Source: Podarcis pityusensis | Lineage: Eukaryota | Reading direction: 5' to 3' (one strand) | Length of the DNA stretch: 64,000 bases | Assembly: GCA_964106645.2 (NCBI GenBank) | Contig: OZ067044.1 | Shown here: positions 48,683 to 62,471 of the stretch, one piece after another | How the letters are laid out: every line of letters starts with the position of its first letter | Numbering within the stretch: position 1 is the stretch's first letter | The notes under the pieces: generated by a model | What the model saw: only the letters and a program-made list of their open reading frames with translations | Told to the model about the DNA's origin: nothing | Database searches by the model: none | Translations under genes and position numbers: made by a program

Positions 48683-49393
48683 TATATTGTGACATGTCGC
48701 CATAAGTTCTCAAGAAATAGGCATTTCTGCTAAATGCTATGAGACCATTGTACAAATAATTCAATCTTTTCTTCTCTCCTCTCAGGCCTGCTTGCAACTA
48801 CACAGAGGTCCATTATACCATTCCTCAACTTCCCTCAGCATATTTCAGTACAGTCATTAAACCTGGCTTGTTTGCTGTACCTTCACTATTTTCTCGCACC
48901 TGCCCCCACCCTATCTACTCATCCTGTCATCCAAAAATCTAGCGATTTTCCATAGCTTTGCGGCAGCTTTAACTGCTTTGGCCCAGACAACTGCTGGGTT
49001 GATCTCTGCCAAAACGTCCTTCCTCTGCCAATTTTTCTAGACTTTGATCCTTCTCATTTCGTCTGGGCCAAGCAGAGAGACTGAACTCATGCTAGTTTGT
49101 CAAACAGAATGCCAGGTAGGTGATTGTAAATATCAAAGCATTTATATATGCTTTATTGGGGCAGCTTTCCTTACAGGATGAAGGGTAAGATGCAGAAATA
49201 GATCTCTGAGCTTATCTTTGTTGCATGGAATTGGGTAAGACATGGGAGAAAGAATAGTGTCTATTAAGCAGATTTTTAAAAAACCTATACTTTCCCCCCT
49301 CTTCTGTTGAATGCAGAAGATACACTGATGCTGTGGAGAGACACAGACCAAGCCAATTACAGTTTTGCTGGTGATATTATGAAAATACACACT

Positions 49394-49692
49394 GGCCTCA
49401 TTCACTTACCATTTTAAACCATAGTTAAGCTAAACTATGGTTTCAATGTGAATGCACAACCTGCTAGGGTGCAGGCTGAAATTTTGCTGCTTCATTCCTC
49501 TCCCATTCATGTTGGGAACTATGCTATGATCTGGACTTGGGTTTTGTCTTTTGGTTTGCTTTCCCCAAACAAACCTTGGAGTGGGGCAGGAACAAAGTGC
49601 CTGCAATTTCAGCTGTGTGCAACAGCATGCTGCATGTTCACATTTAAACCATAGTTTAGCTTAACTATGGCTTGCAACAAGTAAACTAGGCC
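49394..49692. mobile_element. PIF/Harbinger-type MITE
   Basis: Ends GGCCT / AGGCC with 3-bp TSD act/act. Each arm carries the palindrome aaaccatagttaagctaaactatgg. Confidence 0.7.
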
Positions 49693-50832
49693 ACTAAATA
49701 GAATCAACAAAATAAAACTGGCCAAAGTGGGCAGATGTAAATGGATCAGGAAGGTGAAAGGGCCTTGCAAAATGTTATTGAAAGATCCAAAGCAGAGTTC
49801 TTAAGCTGGAAAATAATTACTATTGCAGCAATGTAGATTCTAAAAGAGGAAAGTATCTTGGGTTCAAGGCAACACTTGCATATTTGTATAAGCACTACTC
49901 AGAACCAAGGGCTAAACATTCATATGGTAAAGAGGCATCATAATTTTCAAAACATCCTGTATGCCTAAGGCTGGGGTGCAGGCTGAAGGCTATGTTCTAG
50001 TAAGAATGACTGAGCTCTGAGAAACTGGAAATCTTCCAGGGACAAGATGGCTGATTATTTTATTAGCAGAAAGATTAACATGTTCAGGCCAGAGATTAGA
50101 GATTATTCGCAAAAAGGAATATAACTCAAGACAGTTGTTCAAGAGGGTGGGGCATTATGGAACATGATAACTAGGAAAAAAAGCCAAGAAAATGAGATGG
50201 AGGAGATCTAGAAGAACATGGGAACAAAAAATCAAACACAATGCAAGGATTTCCAGTATTCAGAGACTTAAAAGTACAACAGTATTTCAATCTACAGTGA
50301 GGGAAATACAAGGAAGATAGGCATCAGATGTCAGCCTACAATTCTGGATGCTTTCCTGACATCTTTCATCTCCTCCCTGTTTGATCAAACCGTCATGTTC
50401 CCACATCCCAGGAAAACAGCTTTTCAAGAGATTCCAAACACCATTTCAGTCACTGGCAGGGTTATTGCACGAGAACTTGGGAGACATCAGGGAGCATTTT
50501 AGCCTCCCTTTTGAACGCTGCCCTGGTATCTGGGTTGATGAAGAACAGGTAATAAATATTTTTGCATAAATGAAATAAATAAGGAAGAGAAGGCAGAACT
50601 ATGTGAGATAGCGTTGAGGGACTCTGCAGTAAATGGATGGAATGAATGACTTCACACCAGAGGAAGCAAGAAGAAGCACAAGCTCACCTGTAGGTTGGCA
50701 TGGTATAAACTGATTAAGAAAAGCACAACCAGATCAAAACTAAGTAGGTTTCAATATGATTATTACTATTATTTACAACCTGTTTTTAATGTCCTTTTTC
50801 CTCCCCCAAGGGGAACTATCACAATGTGTGCA

Positions 50833-50975
50833 GGGCTGTACAAACACAATAAATTTAAAGCATGCCCCCTAGGAACTGTAATTTACTCTTAACAGAGCTA
50901 CAGTTCCCAGTACTCTTAACAAACTACGGTTCCCAGGAGGGGTTGTGCTTTAAATATATGGAGTGTATGCAGCCC
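50833..50975. mobile_element. Short palindromic MITE (Harbinger-like ends)
   Basis: gggctgtacaaacacaataaatttaaagca / tgctttaaatatatggagtgtatgcagccc. Confidence 0.6.
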
Positions 50976-51426
50976 AAGTTTCTCCAAGACCTCAACACAC
51001 TGCTCTCTTTGTCCATCATATTGTACGAGTACTGAAAGCAGACGAAGTTACAGCTTTCAAGAGCAACGGGCTCCCTAAAATATAGTACAAATCCCTCAAT
51101 AACACTATTGTCACAAAGAGCATTGTTACTGTTCTGTTGTCAACTGTTGCAGCTGTAAACAGAAGGAAAATTGTGCTAAACCAGTTAACGCTGAACCAAA
51201 AGGCTAAAGTTTTGATGAAACGAATTCACACCGCTCAGAACAATACTTACAGAAATAGTGTTGTAGGCGGTGTTTATAACTGGAATGCTGCACAATAAGT
51301 GGATATAACAAAAAGATTCAATGAGCTTTAGGTATGGCCACTGAAAAGCTAATTCCTGTGTGCTGGATGTATAGGAAGGTAGCTTAAAGTCAGAAATGAC
51401 TAAACAAGGAACATCTGTTTCTACAG

Positions 51427-51562
51427 TAGGGTTTTCCCAACTTGGGTCTCCAGCTGTTTTTGAACTACAATTCCCATCATCCCTGCCCACTGGTCCTGCT
51501 AGCTTGGGATGATGGGAGCTGTAGTCCAAAAACAGCTGGAGACCCAAGGTGGGGAAACCCTG
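51427..51562. mobile_element. Palindromic hAT-type MITE
   Basis: tagggttttcccaacttgggtctccagctg...cagctggagacccaaggtggggaaaccctg. Perfect 8-bp TSD ttctacag. Confidence 0.92.
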
Positions 51563-51616
51563 TTCTACAGCAATGCATAAAGCAAGACTTAGGATGAAGA
51601 TAGGGAATAGAAAGCT

Positions 51617-52255
51617 GCACACCTGCTCCTTCAGAGGAAATGTTAGCCCCATCAAGAGCAGGCAACCTCCCATCCATCCGCTCTAGTGAACCACTAACCG
51701 TGCCTCTGTCTTATCTGGATTGAGCTTCAGTTTACTGGCTGTCATCCAGTGCAATTATCAAGGAAAGACAACAGTCCAGAACATCCATTGCCACACCTTC
51801 AGAAGTAAAGGAATAGAGCTATGTGTCATCAGCATATTGCTTATGGCATACTCCAAAAATCGGGATGACCCCACTCAGTGGTTTCTTACAGATATTACAG
51901 AGCATGGGGCATAAAAATTGAACCCAGAGGAAACTGCATGGAAGGCTCCATGGGGCTGAAGAGCAGTCCCCAAGCATCACCCTCTGGAAATGACCATCCA
52001 AGTAGGACCAGACCCACCACATAGTGGTGCCACTCACCCCTAACTTGGACAGCCAATCCAGAAGGATACCATGGTCAATAATATTAAAAGCTGCTGGGAG
52101 GTTGAGGAGAATTAACAAGGATACATTTCCCCTATCTCTCTTCCGACAGAGGTCATCAGGCAGGGCGACCAAAGCTATTTCTGTGCCAAAACTGGGCCTA
52201 TACCCTGATTCAAATGGGTCTAGAAAATCAGTTTCCTTCAAGAGTGCCTGGATTT
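51617..52255 (-). mobile_element. L2 LINE reverse-transcriptase fragment (pseudogenised)
   Basis: LDPFESGYRPSFGTEIALVAL.DDL...LLILLNLPAAFNIIDHGILL...SYLDGHFQRV...QYADDT are non-LTR RT motifs of L2 type, with stops and frameshifts. Confidence 0.9.
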
Positions 52256-53632
52256 TGTTATGGGTGGAAAAAGGCTTCCACTTTGAAGAAAGCCAACAGA
52301 ATTATCAACTCCATGTGACCAAATCCTCTAAACATCCCTAAGATTTCTTGATGCTCTGCATATCTGGGAACATTGATAAGTTACAAAAAAATCTGAATGC
52401 CATGCAGTTCCTACACCTGGAGTGGTGGGAGGTTTCTTATCACGTCACCCTTCAGATAATGCATAATGGCAAATTGGGGAAAAGGAGATGATATGAAGTT
52501 AGCAAGAAAGAAAATAGTTTTGTTTTGACTTGACTGAGAGCTGCCCAAGAGTAGGAGGATTTAGGAGAGAAAGCTGCAGTAGTCAACAAGATGACTTGAG
52601 AGCTTTGATTTGTGTTTTGGGATGTCAAAACAGCAGTACAACAACAAACGTAATACCGATAGAAAGCAATTTTAGATTCCTAGTAGTTCAAAATGAGATT
52701 TACCTATGCCTGTGAAACAGTAAGCTAACAATAAATAGCTAGGAATAGTTTCTACTAGATAAATAAATTCATTTTCTAAAACGTAAAATTGCAAGTATTT
52801 ACAAAATGTTATCTTGCCCCTAGAACTTAGTAAAGATGGATATACAGTAAACCTTAAAGATAACGGAGGGGGGAGGTTGTTCTATTATTTGAAAGGTGGC
52901 TGGAAAACATCATTCTGGGAGAAGTGTGAAATAAGGGCATCTCCTTAAATTACCTAGCCCGCCTCTTCATTTCTACATGCTGAACAGCCAAAAGAACCAA
53001 GAGCAATCAAGGTAGCTGCTTTCCTTTCTCTCTGCCTCCCTCCTGACCTCTGTGCCATCAGATCCCTCTGAAACATTATCAGCACCTGTAACTCTAAGCA
53101 TCATACCTGACACAACCAGAAACATAAGACTCGTTCTGAAGAAATACAGATAGCACCAACACCATCAAGTGTGCATGAGATCATCTAACATCCCTACCCA
53201 GTGCACCCAAGAGTTTGCAGCCAGATATTATAAAGGCTGTAAACAGACCTCAAATGGATGTGAGCAAGCATGCTATTCTCAACAGAATAGCATTTCTCCT
53301 ACTAGGTCTTCATGGACTTACACATCAATGCCATTGAACTTGTTTGGATAGGGACTCCTAACAGCAAACAGAGCATTCAGTTGGGAGGGCAGGCTACTTG
53401 GCTAAAGATTTTATTGCCGCAGCCGTTTTAAACTCCTTGGAGTAACTACTATAGGGATGACAATAAGTTTCACTAGAATGTCAAACTGATTGGCACCCTT
53501 TTTCCCCCTCAGATGAACACAATGTTTAGAATCAGATCAGAGTACATTTGAGCTATTGTGAGGCAAAGCATTTTCAAAGGCTGCAATCCTATGCGTTACC
53601 TTCTTGGGATCACGTCTGCGTAAATGGGACTT

Positions 53633-53662
53633 AAAGGTAAAGGGACCCCGAACGTTAGGTCC
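53633..53662 (-). mobile_element. Very short Sauria SINE 3' stub
   Basis: aaaggtaaagggaccccgaacgttaggtcc closely matches the SINE tail at ~33437-33467. Confidence 0.65.
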
Positions 53663-53762
53663 CTGAACTTTAAGGGTGCTTTCCCAATAGCTATACCACG
53701 GGTAAAATCAACAAGTGCTTCTAATAATTAAACAGCTGGCTATGCAGTCATATTTATGGTAC

Positions 53763-54198
53763 TGTTGTGAGCTTTGGTATGGTGTCAAGCTGTATGCCAG
53801 ACCCCTCTAATCCCTGAATCTAGCAAGCTTTCTACTCATGGGAATAGCCAAACTAGCCCCTCTCTCAACAGGCAGAGCCAGAGTTGAGGGCAGAGTCAGA
53901 GTGATGAGAGCTAGAGAAGCAAAGCAGCAAGCTGAGATAAGACAGAGTTACAGAGCAATGTTTGATGTCTGTTTCAATCCAAGGCTGCAGCAATGGGAGA
54001 AACAAGACCCTATTGGGGTGTTAATGCTGCAAACCCCTCCATCATAGGCTCAGGCTGTAGGTATGTGTAAATTAACCATATATCATAAAGACACCACAGT
54101 CTCCACTGTCCCTCATTCCAAAAGGAAACACGAACCCTGGGAAAGCAACTGGAACCCTGGGATCCAACACTGTTCGGAGATAAGGGTGGAGTGCAACA
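53763..54198 (+). mobile_element. Solo LTR, 436 bp
   Basis: TGTTG...CAACA ends with near-TSD gtac/gtat. Homologous to 12868-13574. Confidence 0.75.
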
Positions 54199-57100
54199 GT
54201 ATTAATCCCAATTTTCCCTCTTGATTTTCATGGAAAGACTTCACAGATCAATACTAAGAACATCCTGCCTTCTAGAAGATTTTCAGTATTTCACAAGAAA
54301 AGAATCACAGGAATGGTGAAGGAACTCCCCAATTACCAGGCTCAAATGTTCCATTGAGAATTATAAGATAATACAAAGCCATTGTAAGATTAGTTTTGCA
54401 ATAGGTTTTTTCTCCAAAGCAGGAATGTTTATTGCTTTCCCAACATTACATTTTTTATGCACCACAAAGTATGGTTTCTAAAGGTAGATCTGTGTAATGT
54501 AATCAAATACACATCCATATTTTTTTTAGAACAAAACATTACACTGAATCTTTGGAAGGGTTTATGTTGCTTGTTTTAAGCAACTACTGAATCATTACTA
54601 TTCATTAATATTCAGCCCAAACTAAGACTTGGAACCTGATTGTTAGCTGCTTGAAAACATATTCCCTGATGTCCATGGGACTTCCTGTCAGGTGAAGCCT
54701 ACTTAAGAGTAGTGTTTCTTTTATTGCTTTCTGGAGTGAATGTGAAACTGGTTTCTTTTCCTGGTTATCTATCTACTTCATGTATGGGATGAAAAGTTGC
54801 TATGAGGATTTTAAGTTCCCTTCTATCAGCCTCCATTATATCTTGGCTAGGAAGGAAAAGTGTGTCCTTATCTCCCCACTCATGCCCCAAACCCACGTAA
54901 ACATTTCATTAACAACTTACTGATTGGGGTAAAACAGCCATTTAAGCAATGTGATATCCTTCCTTTTTCTACTGTTTTGCTTTCCTTCATTTCTACCTGG
55001 GAGGAAAACAAAGATATGCAAAATACAACTCAAATTTGTTGGGTCTTAGGCCATATGACTGGTAAAGCTCAAAACAAATGAGAACTTCTGCTCCGTACTG
55101 GAAGCACAGGACACAAACCAGAAACCAGCAAACAAGGCATTCTGAGTTATTATTCACTTGGTGTTAAATACTTATGATTTTGGCAGAGATCTATTAGTCC
55201 CTTGAACTCTGATGTACAGCATGCCTACAGAGCTATGCCTATTTAAAGGCAAGCAGCAGCTGTCTGTGGCTCTTAATCAAGAATAATGCCTGAGAATAAA
55301 TCACTGCCTTTTCAGAGACTGCGTTTTTCAAATAATTGCAATTCCTGCTCTTTCTGCCCCATCCCTAAAAATACGAGGTGGTTCACAGAAGAGAGTTGCT
55401 TACAAGAACAGAGACATATGGATGCCCTGCCTCTCTCGGCAGTCTGCAGTTTCTGTTAAAAAAAAAAAAAAGGCACGAAGTGAGCCTGTAAACAGATGCA
55501 AACAAGTTTAGAAGCAGACTAATTCAAAATTTCAAACTGTGTCAAAACTTTCCATTCATTCTGCCATGGTAAAAAGCCGACAGTTCTCCCAAGAGACCCA
55601 CAACATGCCATTCTCAAGGTCCATGGCAGGAGTACTTCCTGCATTCAAAACGCCTTGCAAAATGTGAATTAACACTTTCTTTTTTATGTCACGGCATAAA
55701 GATTTTTGCCATACTGTATTGGGACTCTATGGCTGCCATGCTGTACAAGTGAAATGGTGTGTAAAGAAAGAATGTGTGCATGGCTCGCTGCCATTTAGTA
55801 CAGGAATCAAACATGACACCGTCTACACAGCACATGGACTTGTTCACTGACCGGGCCTGACAATTATCAGGGACTATCTACATTAAAGCATGTTATCAGT
55901 GTTATGCCAGTTCCCCAAATAAGTCTGGAAGTTCTAGATCTAAAACTAATTCACAGACAAACAATTCCCTGGGGAAATGGGATAACGGTTAAAACAGTTT
56001 AAGTCCACTGCATAAAGGATAAGCTGAAGAACCAGTGTTTGGGATGAACTAAATCAGTTTAGTGAGGTTCACTGAACTAGTTCAGAAATCTCTGAAGTAG
56101 CTGCCATAATTGCCAGGTGAACTAAAGATGAATTAAGTTTATTTTGGGGTAGAACTCTGAATGATTTCTAATTCAGCCTCACATTCACTCCCTCCCAATC
56201 ACCCCCAGCAAGCGGCCTGGACTCTTAGCTTTCATAAAATAAACGAAGTCAATCAGAAAGGAAGGAAGAAGAAAGTTAGAAAGCAAAACTAGAGGCAATA
56301 TTCTAAAGCTTATTTGGCAGGTGGGGGCTGCTGCTACTAAGGACGCTCAGTTACTGTTGCTAAGCAATCCAAAGAAAGCTATGTGAGGCATTTCCTTATC
56401 TGCCCTGCTGAAGAGATGCAGTCTCTTCCAACAGGAGCAGCTTGCAGTGAGAAGTACAGGGACCAGGAACAAAGCAGACAATACCTTGTGCCTTTAACAG
56501 CTGTGTGGTTGGCACAAACTGAACAGCGTAAGCATTTTCTAGCATGAAAATACAATTATGGGGAAAGCTTCAAAGGGTGACATACATCTGTAACACATCT
56601 TATTAGTTACCCATAGCCCCTGATTTAACTTTTGGACCATGTACTTCAGTACAGCAGCTTATAACATTTTGAATACTGAAAATATTTTGCAAACAGTGAA
56701 CTTTACTTTTTATGAACCACAAACATATTATGGCTGAACCTGATCTGTTTTGTTAAAGGATGAGCAGAAACGGCAACGAATTCCTTTTGGAAAAGGATTA
56801 ACTTGAACCAGAACTAGTTCATTTTTTAAAATGAAACTGTAAGTGTTTAAGTGTCCACTGTTTCGTTGCAAAGGATGATAAAGAGAGAATCAGAAAAGGT
56901 GCCCTCCCCACAACCTTTCTCCCGACAGAGAAAGAATACTGACAGCAGGGACCCAAACCAAAGTAGGGCACTTTCCAAATTTGTTAGGTGCTAAGGATTC
57001 GTATAGCGGTAATGCTTAAGTGTCCAGAGTATCTTTGCAAAGGAGATGAATGGGAAGAAAATCAGAACAACTGGTCATGAGCCACGGCCTCATTGGCCAT

Positions 57101-58167
57101 GTCCTCATGACTCCCTAGCAGCCCTGCCAGGTGTAGTGGACACCAACCATCCAAGCTAATACCTAGACATATCTTGCATGTATAAAAGGAAGCATAACAC
57201 CATGTGCATTATTTTTCTAAATAAAATTGTGTTCTTCCTTAGCAGATGGTTGGGATCTCACAATGCTAAATTTGTAGCCAAATATATTTGCTACCATCCA
57301 AAAGAGAAAGAATGGAGGGTGTAAGTTAGAGGAAAAAAGATGCTGCTTTGTAAACAAATAATTTCTAGATGGATTTGGCTCCAAGCAGTATTTTAAAATG
57401 AGATTTGGCTCTGCATTGTGTCTGGTGGTGAACTGATGTAATTATAGGTAAGAGGCAGAAATGCTTTAGCTGAAACTGAAATTGATTGCATTCACCCCAG
57501 AAATGAAAACATCAGTCCAACCCTTAGCTATGGAACACTCTTTAGAAAAATTAGCAACCCCCATTTCATTGTCATGAATTCCAGATTTGTCAGCAGGATT
57601 AACCACTTAACAAGTATAATATGAACACATATTTCTAAGTTAAGAACTCAGATGCTGTATGAACTTTTGCCCATAGTTGTTGCTATTTTAAATCACTAAG
57701 CTGTAAAATTTTAACAGATAAGGGTTTATATAGCAATGGTAAAATTTACAGCTTGATAACGATGATGCTGAAAAATACTATCACTCTAAGAAAAAGAAGT
57801 CTAGCATTGTTCTGCCTCATAGACATTATCTAAAGAAAAAAGACCACAACCACCATGCATGTTTACTTAGAAGTTACATTTTGCTGCCTTCAATGACATA
57901 AATGTGCACAGGACTGCAGCCGTACACCGTGATCCTATGTTTGCTTTTTTCAGAGGGAAATTCCACCGAGTTGAATAGGACTTATCCCCAGTTTGAGTAT
58001 TTTGGACTGCACCGTACTTAACTAGTAAACTCAATTCCTTGCAGGCAAAATTCAGGGAGACATGCCCCCAAATATATATGTGTGAAGTTAGCATTATTAG
58101 TCTCTGGAAGTAGAGCTAGATGCCAAGTGCTGCTGCCTTCTTGAGAGTCAGAGATGAAATTTATATA

Positions 58168-58333
58168 CAGGCGGTAACCATTTTGGATGGGGGTTCTGTT
58201 CACGCCCCCTGCCCCACATTGGCGGAGCTCATATAAGTGTGCCCCGCCCTCCTATGCCCCGCCTCTGTTCTGATGTCTTCTGGGTCCAAAAGGACCCATA
58301 CATTGGCGAACACGTGTCATTTGGATGCGCCTG
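58168..58333. mobile_element. Small Tc1/mariner-type non-autonomous element
   Basis: TA|CAGGCG...CGCCTG|TA with a GC-rich interior. Confidence 0.5.
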
Positions 58334-58723
58334 TAATGGTTGCAGCCTGTAAAATAATTATGCATATTTTAACAGCTAAGACAAACAAAACCTTGTTCAT
58401 ATATATGGCACTTTGTGGCGTCACATTTTTACTGCTGAAATACATCTGCTGTATTATTCAATATTACATATTACATCTGAATAAAATTTCAGTTCTTTAA
58501 GGAGTCATAAATTGGCAGGTGTACCAAGACATAGAACACTTCTAGCTATTTGTTTTGTGAATCTTTGTACAGTTCATATATAAGAGATCAAGCTGGTTAT
58601 TCATGTGTGGGAGAAATGTCCTCCAAGGATAAGTGTTACAATGCAAGTGGAGGACTGAAAGGAAAACATGTCCCATATGAAAACTAGGGAACACCACACA
58701 CTATTACATCATTACGTTAAATA

Positions 58724-58949
58724 CAGTAGTACCTTGGGTTACATACGCTTCAGGTTACAGACTCCGCTAACCCAGAAATAGTACCTCAGGTGAACAACTT
58801 TGCTTCAGGATGAGAACAAAAATCGTGCTCCGGCGGCGCGGTGGCAGCAGGAGGCCCCATTAGCTAAAGTGGTGCTTCAGGTTAAGAACAGTTTTAGGTT
58901 AAGAACGGACCTCTGGAACGAATTAAGTACTTAACCCGAGGTACCACTA
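58724..58949. mobile_element. Tc1/mariner (pogo/Tigger-like) MITE, copy 3
   Basis: TA|CAGTAGTACCTTGGGTTA...TAACCCGAGGTACCACTA|TA. Same interior as copies 1 and 2. Confidence 0.9.
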
Positions 58950-61900
58950 TACTCAATGCCAAAAAATATTTACAGAGGAAGTATTCAGTAATGATTATTG
59001 CATAGCTTACTCACAACATTCACTGTCGTCAGTTGGGACTCCCAGATTATCCTTCACCTTGAAGAATTTGCAGGCATTGCTGGATTGTTCACAGGCCCTC
59101 AGCGGTGCTCTCTTTCAAATAAAATAGAACATTTTTTGAGTAAGAAAATCTGTATGCTGTACTTGACAAATTGTCCGTAGGTTTCTATAAGCTTAAAGGA
59201 ACAAATGTAATTAAGACTGGGGATCTCACTCCTGGCTCCCAAGCTTAATGACTGGCTGTGCTTGCAGTTTCGATTTCTGTGCCACCACAACTGAGATGGG
59301 ACTTGCTTGGTAAACACATAAACACATATGGCTCCACTACAGCAAAGTAATCCGCAAAGGTGGGGCTTTATATTGTCACGATATCGGCATTATATCTGTG
59401 CTTCATTTAGTACACAGGGGTGAAGAGGCCACCCACACATAAGCATGTGCATGGTCAGAGCTGTTATTAGGAATACATCATAAGTCTGCATGGTACTGCA
59501 CAATCTGAAGCAATAAGTGCACTGTACAATTCTGCAGTGCTGTGAAAATTTCCACTTGGCTATCATCCAGACCCACCCACTAAGAAAAACACTTACAGTA
59601 TAAAGTGCAACAGCAGTTAAAGAGCATTCAGTATGTTCACAGATTCCCAGCTTCAATCCCGAATAAGGAGGATTGTTATATTTTCCCTAGTTTGTTTTTC
59701 CGTATTTGTTATACTACCTCCCGTATATCTGAGACACATAATCTGTGGTTCAGGAATTTCTGCTAGTGGATGTAAGGAACATGACAAACATGCAACTTCT
59801 AAGTACCAAACTAGAATTTCACCCTCTGGTCATTGTGCCAAATTACTCCCTCCCCCCCTCCCATGTAAATTATGTGCAGGTACATGACTGAAGTGTGGAG
59901 AAAAGTATAAATACAAAACAGTTTGTTCACTAATATTTTGGAAAAGGTGATGTGAGTTTATGGCTAATGAAACAGCAAAATCTGCAATTAAAAAGTGACT
60001 CCTTCACCTAACTTTATGTCAGAATGTAAGAACCTTTGAAGTCATGTTATACTCTCAGATCATTGGTTCCACTGCAGTGCACTACAGAATATTCCGCAGG
60101 CACAGACTCCAACTGTGCTACTACTGCACAGAAGGATGGCCCCAGCACAAAAGGTATCAAAGCGACTTACAATTATAAGAGCATACCTAATACAAACCTT
60201 TAAACACACACACACAAAATTATTGACTGAAATGGCTCATCCATCATCATTCAATGACATCTGAAAGCAAAATGCTTGCAAAGGAAGTGGTATGCGTGGC
60301 AACAGAACTTGCTGGCAGGCCACTTCTCATATTGGCCCAATTGGTAAACTAATTGATGAACAGGACTGGGCCTTATGTATTTCCTCTACTGCAAGAAAGC
60401 TAACTAATACAACTACAAAATTGAACCAGAGTTATGGTGGGTCTGTATCTTTCATTTCTTTAATTTAGCATAAACAAGTTTTTCAACAGTAATAAAATTT
60501 GATGGAACATACCATGCTTCAAATTATAATATGAGAGACCAATGTATTAACAGTTGGAAATGATGTACCAGCAGCACTATAGCATTTTCCTTTGCAAGCA
60601 AAAGTATTTTGCTATGAGGAGAAGGGAGCTCCTAAGCTTGATCTGAAAGCCAGACAGCTGTGCCTAACAATGCTCTACTCTCTTGGTATTTGCACAATAC
60701 CTCCCTCTTTCAGTCCTGCGAGGTGCTCTGTAATTTGGTTGTTCTAATTCAGTTCAGGTAGCACTAATAAAAATGCAGTTACAAATGCCAGCAACCATGT
60801 TCCCATTTAATTTTTCATATTATCTTATCACTAATCCTTCATTCGCTTGTATACACTAGTTCACTTCCTCTTCTCTTTTGCATGGAATAAGCCTTAAACA
60901 GGTTGACTCATGTTCCAGTGACACCAGGCAGAGATGAAACAAGGCTTTTTTCAAGTGCATGCCATTCACATTATTTAAAATGCATAGTATGCATCATCTT
61001 CAACATGTTTCTAGGGTTCGAAGTAGTGAATTTGTTATTCTTTCCTTTAGCAGTAATATCACCACCACAGAGTAAGACCCACTGAAATTAATGGACATTA
61101 CATGCAGGTCCTGCTATTGGAACACTCATTATCTGAAATTTCAGTTATCCAAACACAAAGAATTCTATCTAAACCTTGCTACACGAACAGCTGATTCAGA
61201 TGCCCACACTACCTGAGTTTCCCTACTTCCTTGCTTATTTGTGTTTTGCTGGTTGGAGACAGGCATATTGGGCAAAAACCATGGCGGCAGAGATATCAGA
61301 CAAATCAGGCAGCATGAGAGATCAGACAGGGAGTAGTTTGTCTTTTGCTGGTTGGCTGCAGCAGTTTGGGGCAGAAACCCAGGAAGGAGAGAGACTGGAC
61401 AAATCACAGATTAGAAATATTCCCATAGAAAATAATGGAAATAATCAGCTTGTTATGTGAACGGTCACCTAATGAATGATTTCCTGGGAACGCACTGTGT
61501 TTAGACAGTGGAACCTGCATGTAGTAACTTAGCATCATTAATTCCAATGGGCCTACTCCAAGTAGGACTTAGTTGACCACAACCAAATACATTTGTGGAT
61601 CACTTATTTCTATTCCAAGTATGAAACACACACTGCTCATCATGAATGCATAAGCTGCACTAAATTTAATTAAAAATTCCAGGGTTCACTCCACACCCCA
61701 CTGCTGAAAGCCAAAGAGACACAGGGGCCACAATCCAACAAAGAGTTAACTGAAATTCATTCATTGGGTCCAACTTTGCGTTGCACTGTGGTCAGGGCAT
61801 CTTACTACCTGCTCTAAACACTGCTAGTACAATGATTATCCGGTGTCTATGATTAAGCAGTGTCTATTTATTAAATTTGTTAGTTGCTTTATATTGCCCA

Positions 61901-62386
61901 GGGCCACCGAAAGTGACTTATAACCAAAGAGGATTCCAAGAAGAGGTATGGATGCTCCCATCTGCCTAGGATGTAAAGGCTGCCATATTGCACAGTGCAG
62001 CCCAGGGTAGAAAACCCACAACCCTCAAGTTGTTGATGGACTACAATTGCCATCAACCTTGACTACTGGCCATGCTAGCTGTGCCTTCCAAACCAGGCTG
62101 CTCCTCCGCTCAGTGGGCTACTATTAAGCTAAGTGCACTGTGCCTCAGGAAAGCCACCCATTCTAAACTGAAGCCCCTCAGCATCTCATATTAACTGAGA
62201 TATGAGGAGCACAAGACACATCTAGGTGGAGCCTATTAGACAAAAACAACTTTCCCGCAATTTCTGGTTTCCGTTTGCAGAAGGGCTACTGACATGAAGA
62301 GGTGGTCAGAAGAAGAAAGCTTATGTGTACAGAGGAACCTGAGAGGTGAAAGGGAAGGTGGAAAAACTGACAGTTGACTGTACCCT

Positions 62387-62471
62387 AAGGCTGCAATTCT
62401 GTTCACAAATAAGCTATTAAATCCCATTAAAGTCAATGGACTCTAAGAAGCCACAGCAAGATTGCAGCTTA
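62387..62471. mobile_element. Short ~85-bp palindromic repeat family (GCTGCAATCC ends); decayed relatives at ~515-580, 37678-37750 and 53578-53632
   Basis: aaggctgcaattct...cccattaaagtcaatgg...aagattgcagctt. Confidence 0.55.

Noticed and set aside
51185-52341. 162-aa and 140-aa ORFs as genes
   Set aside because: Built from a decayed L2 RT, a MITE and flanking DNA. The RT is broken by stops and frameshifts.
27600-56000. Several repeat-poor stretches (e.g. ~27850-28050, 36250-36400, 43400-43620, 50330-50560, 55100-55350) as conserved enhancers
   Set aside because: Plausible for an ATXN1 intron, but unsupportable without multi-species alignment.
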